DNA of 32,000 nucleotides, taken from NCBI RefSeq assembly GCF_018336915.1, contig NZ_CP064923.1:5670001-5702000 (forward strand). The letters run 5' to 3'. Made by a program: the position numbers and the translations under genes. This stretch comes from Acaryochloris marina S15 (lineage in GTDB: Bacteria; Cyanobacteriota; Cyanobacteriia; Thermosynechococcales; Thermosynechococcaceae). Below the pieces are notes generated by a model. It saw nothing but the letters and a program-made list of their open reading frames with translations. It was not told where the DNA came from and did not search any database. Positions 1 to 7,389 of the stretch are shown here, piece by piece; within the stretch, counting starts at the first letter, position 1; the number at the start of each line of letters is the position of its first letter.

Positions 1-191
1 CTAAAGTTCGTTGGGAAAATGAAGGCATCATCGTTGACGATGACTCAGCCGTAGCAATGGGGAATTACTTCTTCACTAAAACAGATGGTGAAGAAATAAA
101 AGTGGAGTTTACCCTTGGTTACGTTAAAGACGACAATGGCAACTTAAAGATTAATCTGCACCATTCATCACTACCCTTTAGTGCCAACTAA
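1..191 (+). CDS. C-terminal end of an NTF2-like SgcJ/EcaC (CaMKII-association-domain) family protein, candidate iota-class carbonic anhydrase; 5' end lies outside the window
   Basis: The frame is open from base 3 to TAA at 189-191: ...GNYFFTKTDGEEIKVEFTLGYVKDDNGNLKINLHHSSLPFSAN*. It aligns with the C-terminus of the ORF at 19485-20030 (...GLYAFAVVKEG...RWLIVDHHSSGMP) and shares the HHSS motif. It is absent from the ORF track because there is no start codon in the window. Confidence 0.6.
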   Translation, partial: KVRWENEGIIVDDDSAVAMGNYFFTKTDGEEIKVEFTLGYVKDDNGNLKINLHHSSLPFSAN

Positions 192-249
192 TCTCAGTTC
201 AGCCCCCTGACTTGAAGTCATTGAAGCCATAAATACTCCAAAACGCAAA

Positions 250-274
250 GTGCCTGCTATTGACAAGCAGGCAC
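250..274. terminator. Stem-loop between convergent genes (GTGCCTGCT-attgaca-AGCAGGCAC)
   Basis: Perfect 9-bp stem with a 7-nt loop. It lies between the plus-strand stop at 189-191 and the minus-strand ORF end at 299. On the minus strand it is followed by the T-rich CTTTGCGTTTT. Confidence 0.55.
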
Positions 275-298
275 TCCAACTTTGCAGGGTGAAGTGAC

Positions 299-613
299 TT
301 ACCCCTGCTTCTTGTCTTCTTCAACAGCTTCCGCAGGGGGAGCAGCCTCCTTCAAGGTTGATCCAACAATCTTTTCACAGGTTCCAGCAGGCACATAAAT
401 CCACTCTTCTGGGTCATTATCGACTGTCGCTTTACCAGAGCAGTCATGCTTGCTCGTGCCACAGTCATTGAGGCCAGTCTTGACGATACCCGCACATTTT
501 TCAAACCCAGGCTTACCGGCAACTGCATTGTCAGATCGAGTCGCAACTAAACCAAGGGCAAGCACACTGGATAAAGCAGTGGTAACGGCAACGGCTTTGG
601 TCGTTGTTTTCAT
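299..613 (-). CDS. Secreted DUF2282-type four-cysteine protein (BufA1 / bufferin-precursor-like)
   Basis: ATG at 611-613. Signal-peptide-like N-terminus [24 protein letters not shown], then [45 protein letters not shown]. As I recall, this is the DUF2282 4-Cys signature. Confidence 0.65.
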   Translation of the reverse strand: MKTTTKAVAVTTALSSVLALGLVATRSDNAVAGKPGFEKCAGIVKTGLNDCGTSKHDCSGKATVDNDPEEWIYVPAGTCEKIVGSTLKEAAPPAEAVEEDKKQG

Positions 614-826
614 AATGGTAAATAGCCTTCAAGAGATTTAGTTCGTTGAGGTAGACAATCTAATACATGAGAATTTGCCCACATTAATAGTACGAACAAC
701 TCAGGCTAGCGGATGTAGACCTGCAAATATAATCAGGAGCGCCACAGAGGGTAGCTTCAGGGTAAATGATTGGAATTAAGACAAGCCATTGTTTCCATTG
801 TTTATCTAATGCCTAACCCTTAGCCC

Positions 827-1087
827 CTAACGAAGAGATTCACAGAGTGCATCAATATCTTGCTTGGCAATCTCACTGGCGGCTCGATGGAGCTTATATT
901 GCTGAGGGGGATGGGTCATGATCGCAATCACCGTTTCTATGGGTGGGCAACAAGGCTCATGACAGGCCAACTGACTAATTGACACCGGGATATCAGCAGG
1001 AATGGTAAAGGCTTCATAAACCCAGGCTTTCAGTTGTTCAATCTGTTCTGGATCCGCTTTAGGCGTAGATGTTTTAAACAAATCCAT
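827..1087 (-). CDS. Small Cys-rich hypothetical protein, last gene of the COG0523-WD40 operon
   Basis: ATG at 1085-1087 preceded by GGAGAG. It begins 23 nt after the WD40 stop on the same strand. Contains the motif CHEPCCPP. I do not recognise a family. Confidence 0.5.
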   Translation of the reverse strand: MDLFKTSTPKADPEQIEQLKAWVYEAFTIPADIPVSISQLACHEPCCPPIETVIAIMTHPPQQYKLHRAASEIAKQDIDALCESLR

Positions 1088-1110
1088 TGGAAATACTCTC
1101 CACTAAATAA

Positions 1111-2148
1111 CTAGCGAAATCCTTGCCCCCGTGAACTTTGGGTCCAAAGCTGCCATTCTCCTTGCTGACCCCCTAGGGCTAAGGTCTGGCCATCTGGACT
1201 CCAAGCCAGCGCTGAACCGCTGATGCCTTTTTGCGCTTGTATTAGCTTGTATCCACCTTGCCACAGACAGAGATAGTCATCCGCCGCTGCAGATACCAAA
1301 AGGGTGCTATTGGGCTGAAAGGCAATGGCATTGACTGCCTGCGTATGCCCATCCAATAGCTCGGCTTCCCAGCCATCCCCTTCACGTTGCCAGGTAGTGA
1401 CGCAGCTACCACTGGCTGCAGACAGAAGATGAGTAGCATCCACCACGGACCAGGCCAACTGCCGAACTTTGCCTGGGAAACCCGTCATGCGCCAGGGGGT
1501 TGTTTTATCCGAAGGCCAGACCACTAAGGTGGGATCTAAATTTCCTGAGGCTAAATATTGCCCGTCGGGTGACCAAGAGACACAGAGACTCGATCCTGAA
1601 ATCTCTCGAATTTCCGGATCTTGGTCCCAATCCTGCCAAATTTTGACCCCTTGATGGCCCCCCACCGCCAGCCAATCCTGCTGAGGATGCCAGGCTAAAT
1701 CTAAAACGGAAGAGCTTTCAAAAGCGAGAGTGGTCAGGACTTGTTGAGTCTCAGCTTCCCAGACCTGGGCATAGCGCCCCAAACTAAACACCAATTCTTG
1801 ACGCCGGGGATGCCAGGCTAGTTGATCCACCCAGGCGCGAGGATTCTCTAGACAAGTAACTAGGGTTGGTGGGTCTCCGCTCATCTCCCAAATAAAAACA
1901 CGGCCATCTTGCCCCCCTGCTGCCAGAAAATGGCCGTCAGCGGAGTAAGCCAAGGCATCCACTGACTGTCCGGTACCCGTTTGCAGACAATAGGTTTGCT
2001 GGGTCATCCGATTCAAGCACTGAACCGTACCCGCTCCATCGCAGGCGGCCACCTGCTGGCTATTGGGTGACCAGGCAATGGCCGTCACGTAATCATCTAA
2101 ACGCCCACGCCATTGACGTCCGAGGTGAGGCTGAGCTACACGAGGCAA
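1111..2148 (-). CDS. WD40-repeat beta-propeller protein (paralogue of 15201-16298)
   Basis: Repeated WD-like units (e.g. GHTQAVNAIAFQPNSTLLVSAAADDYLCLWQ, SPDGQYLASGNLDPTLVVW). The N-terminus MPRVAQPHLGRQWRGRLDDYVTAIAWS aligns from residue 1 with MPLLKPLAELSRHHHLSDYITAISWS of the paralogue. That supports the TTG start at 2148, which overlaps the COG0523 stop by 13 nt. Confidence 0.85.
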   Translation of the reverse strand: MPRVAQPHLGRQWRGRLDDYVTAIAWSPNSQQVAACDGAGTVQCLNRMTQQTYCLQTGTGQSVDALAYSADGHFLAAGGQDGRVFIWEMSGDPPTLVTCLENPRAWVDQLAWHPRRQELVFSLGRYAQVWEAETQQVLTTLAFESSSVLDLAWHPQQDWLAVGGHQGVKIWQDWDQDPEIREISGSSLCVSWSPDGQYLASGNLDPTLVVWPSDKTTPWRMTGFPGKVRQLAWSVVDATHLLSAASGSCVTTWQREGDGWEAELLDGHTQAVNAIAFQPNSTLLVSAAADDYLCLWQGGYKLIQAQKGISGSALAWSPDGQTLALGGQQGEWQLWTQSSRGQGFR

Positions 2149-3104
2149 GCTTGGAACTCCTGTTTTAACTGAGTTTCATCTAAATTGCGGCCAATAAACA
2201 CCAGCTCATTCTTGCGGGTTTCATTGGCTTTCCAAGGGCGATCTGCACGGCCATCAAACAGCATGTGGACGCCCTGAAACACAAACCGCTGATCTGCTCC
2301 AGCAATATTCAAAATCCCTTTCATGCGAAAAATATCTGGCCCTCTGGTTTGCAACAGATTTCCTAGCCAACTATTGAGTCGTTCGCCATCGATTTCCCCC
2401 GATTCTGTTAAGGCCACCGACCCCACGGTTTCGTCATGTTCATGGGCATCCTCTCCTAAAAACTCAGGGTCGATCTCCAAGGCTCGGTCCAGATCAAAGG
2501 CACTCACCCCCAAAATAGAGTCCATCTCCACCGATGCATCCTGAGTGCGGTAAATTTTGGCCATGGCATTCATAGAGCGGATTCGATTTTCTAGATCCAC
2601 CAAATCGGCTGCACTGACTAAATCGGTTTTATTGAGTAAAACCACATCCGCAAAAGCGATTTGCTCCTGGGCTTCATCTGCATCCCAATGTTGGTGAATA
2701 TGCTTAGCGTCTACGACCGTCACCACTGCATCCAGATTGAGCTGGGTTTGCATATCTTCATCCACAAAGAAGGTCTGGATCACTGGGGCCGGATCCGCTA
2801 GCCCTGTGGTCTCAATCACCATATGGTCGAACTTATCTCGTCGTCGCATCAGGTTGCCAATAATCCGAATCAGATCGCCCCTTACGGTGCAACAGATACA
2901 GCCATTGTTCATTTCAAAGATTTCTTCATCGGCATCGATCACCAGCTGATTATCAATGCCCACCTCACCAAATTCATTAACAATCACGGCCACTTTTTTG
3001 CCATGTTCATAGGTGAGAATGCGGTTGAGTAATGTTGTTTTCCCCGCTCCCAGATAGCCAGTTAGAACGGTGACGGGGACAGTACCTGTTGCAGCGGTAA
3101 CCAT
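2136..3104 (-). CDS. COG0523 (CobW/YjiA/ZigA/ZagA-type) metallochaperone GTPase
   Basis: Walker A GYLGAGKTTLLN, metal motif GCICCTVRGD, ETTG, NKTD and a CobW_C-like C-terminus. ATG at 3102-3104, 28 nt downstream of a Zur-type box. Confidence 0.9.
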   Translation of the reverse strand: MVTAATGTVPVTVLTGYLGAGKTTLLNRILTYEHGKKVAVIVNEFGEVGIDNQLVIDADEEIFEMNNGCICCTVRGDLIRIIGNLMRRRDKFDHMVIETTGLADPAPVIQTFFVDEDMQTQLNLDAVVTVVDAKHIHQHWDADEAQEQIAFADVVLLNKTDLVSAADLVDLENRIRSMNAMAKIYRTQDASVEMDSILGVSAFDLDRALEIDPEFLGEDAHEHDETVGSVALTESGEIDGERLNSWLGNLLQTRGPDIFRMKGILNIAGADQRFVFQGVHMLFDGRADRPWKANETRKNELVFIGRNLDETQLKQEFQACLV

Positions 3105-3131
3105 GATGATAGCCTCATCGGAGAATGGTTT

Positions 3132-3146
3132 AGATAACGATTATCA
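3132..3146. promoter_or_regulatory. Zur/Fur-type 7-1-7 operator (AGATAACGATTATCA)
   Basis: Matches 12 of 14 arm positions of TGATAAT-N-ATTATCA. Lies 28 nt upstream of the COG0523 start. Confidence 0.7.
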
Positions 3147-3357
3147 TTCTACAAATATTTCGACGTCAGTTGGGTGGCTTTACCTTAGCTTTAGCTTTTC
3201 AAGGCGATGGGGTTGATCCTGGATTTCTCACCAGCCAATTCCAACAAACTGAATAAGTGAGCAACATCAGTTAATTTAATCGAATATAGGTAACCGCTTT
3301 TGACTCACCCACTCAATCTGTTCTGTATTGATGATCCTCTACCTTGATTCAGTGAGT

Positions 3358-3510
3358 TGTCGCAATTGGGGCAGAAATGAGTGTCAGGCAACACAGTGTC
3401 GCAATACCTCATTTTTTGACGTGTTATCCGACACCTGGCATACAATCTACTGAATTGGGTGTTATGCAACAGGTGGCGTCTAGCATTACTTATAGATGCG
3501 TTATGCGACA
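3358..3510. repeat. Iteron-like array: five copies of a T(G/C)C(G/A)ACA-core motif at 38-39 bp spacing
   Basis: Inverted copies TGTCGCAAT at 3358-3366 and 3397-3405. Direct copies GTTATCCGACA at 3423-3433, GTTATGCAACA at 3461-3471 and GTTATGCGACA at 3500-3510. The array ends 63 nt upstream of the RusA-like ATG. Confidence 0.5.
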
Positions 3511-3572
3511 GCCTGACATATCACCATAGTTAGGTACCAAGTTCTAGTTTCTACAAAATATAGAATCAACAA

Positions 3573-4286
3573 ATGCAACGAATTAGACTAAAGGCTGAAG
3601 TAGAGCATCTCTTGAAGGTTTCCAACTCGCCATCAAAAGATGCACGCACTTTTTTAGTTGAGAAGTTTAATGCAATTAATGGCACCCAACTCGATCCAAC
3701 TAGCCTTCTCAAAGATGATGAACTAACTGTCCAGAGATGGATTGCTGGCAACACAGATTTGCATTTTCTTTCGGCTGAGTTGGCCAAGGTTTATAAGCGA
3801 AGCTATTTCTTCAACGAAGTCGATAAAGTTATTGCTATGCAGCATAGCCAGGAAAGATGTCTAATTTGTGGTTCAGTAAGCCAGGCTCGCTTTATCCCGA
3901 TTCGTATTTCGCCTAAATCTCATCAATCATTGACCCCTGACTTGAAACGGTACTACCTTGAGCAACTACAAAATCATCCCTTCATTCAAGGTGAAACCCA
4001 ATTCGATTCCTCTCATCGCTTATGTGTACAGCTAATTTGTGTATTGAAGGAAGGAAGGGATAAAGATGTCGATAACATGGCTAAGCTCATTTTGGATGGC
4101 ATTAAGGGGCAAGTTTTTCCCGATGATAAGCAAATCGATCATCTGCAGGTCGTCAAATTTCGGGCTAACGAAAGTGAAGAGTTCGTAAGTATTGGTGTTG
4201 CTGTAAGCACGCTCAATCAACATTCAGATGTATTATTTGGAGCAATCAATTCGGATTGGTCAGGGCAATCTCGTCTAAATATCTAA
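3573..4286 (+). CDS. RusA-family Holliday-junction-resolvase-like protein with an unassigned N-terminal extension of about 100 aa
   Basis: The C-terminal half carries EGRDKDVDNMAKLILDGIKGQVFPDDKQIDHLQVVKF. This matches the RusA catalytic signature (E. coli [33 protein letters not shown]). The gene and its flanks are visibly AT-richer than the surrounding operons. Confidence 0.7.
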   Translation: MQRIRLKAEVEHLLKVSNSPSKDARTFLVEKFNAINGTQLDPTSLLKDDELTVQRWIAGNTDLHFLSAELAKVYKRSYFFNEVDKVIAMQHSQERCLICGSVSQARFIPIRISPKSHQSLTPDLKRYYLEQLQNHPFIQGETQFDSSHRLCVQLICVLKEGRDKDVDNMAKLILDGIKGQVFPDDKQIDHLQVVKFRANESEEFVSIGVAVSTLNQHSDVLFGAINSDWSGQSRLNI

Positions 4287-4541
4287 TGCTTTGTAGATTT
4301 ACTTGCTTTTCTTTTTATGTTTCACCTAACATTTGCGTGCAACGGACTGTTGAGTAAAGGATCGGCTTATTTCAATAGGTTACCTGCAGCCGTTGACACT
4401 CACCATCAGATTTCAACGACACCAATGCTGAACTAAAATACAGAGTGTTGTTTGAAAGAACTCTCTGAAAGCCATGCAGAAAGAAAGCTAAAAGCGTCCT
4501 CATCCAGGTCGGGTAAGAAATCTAAGACCCTGGAGTAAAGG

Positions 4542-4757
4542 ATGGAAGTTTATACTTATTCTGAGGCAAGGCAAAATCTGTCAGAGCCTTTAAATCAAGC
4601 ACAGGCGGAAGAAGTAATCATTAAACGAAGAGATGGAGCTGTTTTCTCTATCAAAGCAAAGAAGCCAAAAAAATCTCCCTTTAATGTTGAAGGTATTGAA
4701 TCCACTGTGTCAAAGAAGCAAATTTTAGCAGCCGTGCGAGAGTCAAGAAAGTCGTAA
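4542..4757 (+). CDS. Phd/YefM-family type II antitoxin (orphan)
   Basis: MEVYTYSEARQNLSEPLNQAQAEEVIIKRRDGAVFSIKAKK is a typical Phd/YefM N-terminus. GGAG lies 7 nt upstream of the ATG. No intact toxin ORF follows. Confidence 0.7.
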   Translation: MEVYTYSEARQNLSEPLNQAQAEEVIIKRRDGAVFSIKAKKPKKSPFNVEGIESTVSKKQILAAVRESRKS

Positions 4758-4916
4758 ACGACGCTGGTGATTTTCCGCATTAATACAGTCAGCGTCAAGC
4801 CTTCATCGCTTGGCAAATTACCTAGCCAGTAGTAGCCCAAAACCTAATAACACGTTGAACCGCGTGAAGCCACAACTAGGCGTCCTAGTCACTGCTAAGA
4901 TTATCCCGCCAAGAAG

Positions 4917-5017
4917 AATGCGGTGATGGTTTACCTTGCTCTAGGGACACAGTCGCGATCGCTGACGTTTCTCAATTAGAGTCAGGACACGAGCGACGTT
5001 GTGAACTGCTGAGTCGG
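4917..5017 (+). repeat. Copy A of a roughly 100-nt direct repeat
   Basis: Ungapped hand alignment with 5701-5801 gives 81 of 101 identities. The conserved cores are CACAGTCGCGATC and TTCTCAATTAGA(G/A)TCAGGACACGAGC. Confidence 0.7.
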
Positions 5018-5173
5018 CTGGATATATGTATCTCGATCAGAAGCATCTCGTCTTCACACTTGCACCATAAGACTTAAGCCATTCTCCGAGACTGACAGAA
5101 TGAAATGTCTTTGAGCATCAGCTAAAATCGATAGATAACGATGTGCGATTGTGGTTTTTGCCACGACAAAATC

Positions 5174-5404
5174 ATGACTGAACTCCTTCAACAGGCGATC
5201 TCCCAAATCCAAAAACTCCCACCCCACCAGCAAGATGCGATCGCATCTCGATTTTTGGCAGAGTTGCAAGACGAGCAACAATGGGAAACCCGTTTTGCTG
5301 CTACAACAGACGATCAATGGGATCAGATGGCAGCAATGGTGCGGCAAGAGATCGCAGCAGGAGAAACAGTTCCACTGGGTGAGGTATTCCCAACACAACA
5401 GTGA
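5174..5404 (+). CDS. Putative antitoxin of the ParE/RelE-like toxin
   Basis: ATG at 5174 (MTELLQQAISQIQKLPPHQQDAIASRFLAEL...). Its stop overlaps the downstream toxin start in GTGA (5401-5404). It is small and acidic. Confidence 0.55.
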   Translation: MTELLQQAISQIQKLPPHQQDAIASRFLAELQDEQQWETRFAATTDDQWDQMAAMVRQEIAAGETVPLGEVFPTQQ

Positions 5405-5670
5405 AATCGAGTGTCACCAAGTCATTTCGAAAGCGGTTGAACAATCTTCCTGTATCCGTTCAGGAGCAAGCCGATAAAGCCTATGCCCTTTGGCAGGAAG
5501 ACCCCTATCATCCAAGTCTTCAGTTCAAACGTGTTAGTCAGAAGCAACTGATTTATTCTGCTCGTGTCAGCCTCAACTACCGTGTCTTGGGTTTGTTGGA
5601 ATCTGATCATATCTACTGGTACTGGATTGGCACGCATGATGAGTACGATGAATTACTGAAACGGATGTAG
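5401..5670 (+). CDS. ParE/RelE-superfamily type II toxin
   Basis: The pattern ...FRKRLNNLPVSVQEQADKAYALWQEDPYHPSLQFKRV...YSARVSLNYRVLGLLESDHIYWYWIGTHDEYDELL is typical of ParE-like toxins. GTG start, translationally coupled to the upstream ORF. Confidence 0.75.
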   Translation: MKSSVTKSFRKRLNNLPVSVQEQADKAYALWQEDPYHPSLQFKRVSQKQLIYSARVSLNYRVLGLLESDHIYWYWIGTHDEYDELLKRM

Positions 5671-5700
5671 TTTGAAGCGATCGGTGAAGCCCCTAAATGC

Positions 5701-5801
5701 AATGGGGGGATGGGTTACTTTGCTCACGAGGCACAGTCGCGATCTCCAACACTTCTCAATTAGAATCAGGACACGAGCAACTTTGTAAACTGCCGATTAG
5801 G
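5701..5801 (+). repeat. Copy B of the roughly 100-nt direct repeat
   Basis: See copy A. This copy ends 14 nt before the Uma2 ATG at 5815. Confidence 0.7.
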
Positions 5802-6029
5802 TTAGGTAACGGTTATGGAAACGCTAACCATCAATGCTTCAAAAGCAGCATTAACTGAAGCGCAGTTTTACAATATTTGTCGTCAAAATGAAGAATTGCG
5901 CTTTGAGATGACCGCACAGGGGGATCTAATCGTTATGCCTCCAGTTGGCGGTTTAAGTGGCGATCGCGAAATGTCGCTGGGTGCAAAAGTATGGAACTGG
6001 AATGATGCCTCTAGCTTAGGTCGGGTATT

Positions 6030-6987
6030 TATAGCAAGCGCCATTTTATTCAGGACATAATAAACTAGAGATACTGTTATGTCTTTCAATGGATGCCTAA
6101 AATCTACAGCTACGATTTACGTTGCAAAGTGATCGATGCTATTGAACTTGATGGCATGCCTCCCTCAGAAGCGAGTGACACCTTTCATATCAGTCGTAAC
6201 ACCATTAATCTATGGCAACGTCTCAAAGCAGAAACAGGTGATCTTCATCCCATCCCTAGACAACACCTTGGCCATAGCCACAAAATCACAGACTGGGATA
6301 AGTTTCGAGCTTTTGCTCAAGAACATCGCTATAAAACCCAAGCTCAGATGGCCGAGTTGTGGGAGGGGCAAATCAGTGAGCGTACTATTTCAAGAGCGCT
6401 GAAGAATATTGGATTTACTCGAAAAAAAAGACCTATGGCTACCGCCAACGCGATGAGCACAAACGGGCTGAGTTCGTCCAAAAGTTAACAACAGTAGACC
6501 CAGACGATATCGTCTATGCTGACGAGTCAGGGATGGACAATCGAGATGAGTATGACTATGGCTATGGTCCCAAAGGTGAGCGGGTCTATGCTTTAAAGTC
6601 TGGTAGCAGAAGTGGACGAGTCAATATGATTGCAGCTTTGAGAGGAAAGCAGCTCATGGCCCCGTTCACGATTGAAGGGGCTTGCAATCGCACCGTATTT
6701 GAAATTTGGCTTGAGACTTGTTTGATACCGATGCTCAAACCGGGGCAGAAGTTAGTCATTGATAATGCCACCTTCCATAAGGGAGGGCGAATTGAGCAAC
6801 TGGTAGAAGCCGCAGGATGTGAAGTGTGGTACTTGCCACCCTATTCTCCTGATTTGAATAAGATTGAACGGTCGTGGGCTTGGATTAAAAGTCGAATTAG
6901 ACACCAATTAGAGCACTTCGGTTCACTTAGAGAAGCAATGGAACATGTGTTGTACCTAGCGTCCTAATTAGAGTGGCGACTGCTATA
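6030..6987 (+). mobile_element. ISY100-like IS630/Tc1-mariner family insertion sequence, including flanking TA duplications
   Basis: Imperfect 27-bp terminal inverted repeats at 6030-6056 (TATAGCAAGCGCCATTTTATTCAGGAC) and 6961-6987; the reverse complement TATAGCAGTCGCCACTCTAATTAGGAC matches at 21 of 27 positions. TATA is present at both junctions, consistent with TA target duplication. The element is about 950 bp. Confidence 0.85.
6093..6967 (+). CDS. IS630-family transposase in two frames (HTH part 6093-6488; DDE part, ATG-delimited ORF 6533-6967)
   Basis: A -1 shift on the A8 run at 6422-6429 yields ...KKKTYGYRQRDEHKRAEFVQKLTTVDPDDIVYADESGMDNRDE..., a continuous transposase of about 290 aa. 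Confidence 0.8.
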
Positions 6988-7389
6988 GTTCTTCAACGGT
7001 GTTTCAATTGCCCAACGGTGCGAAACGATCACCGGATGTTGCCTGGGTCGAACAAAGTCGCTGGGATACCCTCACAAGAGAAGCGCAAGAACGATTTCCA
7101 CCCCTAGCTCCCGATTTTGTGATTGAGTTACGGTCTCGGACCGATGACTTAGCTGTGCTGCAAGCGAAAATGCAGGAATATGCAGAAAATGGTGTGCGGC
7201 TCGGTTGGCTGATCAAACCCCAGGATCAGCAAGTAGAGATCTATCAACCAGAACAGGATGTAGAGATGAGATCGCTGCCGACTCAACTATCAGGGGAAGA
7301 GGTATTACCAGGTTTTAACCTGGATTTACCGCAGTTTTAGGGGTTATGCCAGCGCGTTTAACCCCTATGCCCACCTAAGTACCTCTATG

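Larger units (their letters stand above)
5815..7340 (+). pseudogene. Uma2 (DUF820) family endonuclease gene split by an IS630-family insertion
   Basis: The N-terminal part runs from 5815 to about 6029 (...MPPVGGLSGDREMSLGAKVWNWNDASSLGRVF). The C-terminal part runs from 6988 to 7340 (SSSTVFQLPNGAKRSPDVAWV...). Deleting 6032-6987, which leaves one TA, joins them in frame. Confidence 0.85.

Noticed and set aside
3358-3510. A CRISPR array (also considered for 29815-29918)
   Set aside because: The repeats are only 9-11 nt (or about 26 nt and degenerate). There are 3-5 copies in mixed orientation in the first array, and no cas genes are present.
4595-4840. 81-aa minus-strand ORF as the missing toxin of the Phd antitoxin
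   Set aside because: It is antisense to and overlaps the antitoxin CDS, and it shows no toxin motifs.
5054-5477. ORFs 5054-5398 (-) and 5235-5477 (+), and the 5141 start
   Set aside because: They overlap the coupled antitoxin/toxin pair. The Cys/Leu-rich shadow sequence matches no family. The antitoxin more plausibly starts at the ATG at 5174.
4917-5801. The 100-nt repeats as integron attC sites
   Set aside because: I could not find R'/R'' core sites (GTTRRRY / RYYYAAC) or the expected imperfect internal palindrome. No intI gene is in the window.
7340-7365. Hairpin GGGGTTA-N12-TAACCCC between convergent Uma2 and zur as a bidirectional terminator
   Set aside because: The loop is long and neither strand has a U-tract, so the evidence is too weak to annotate.
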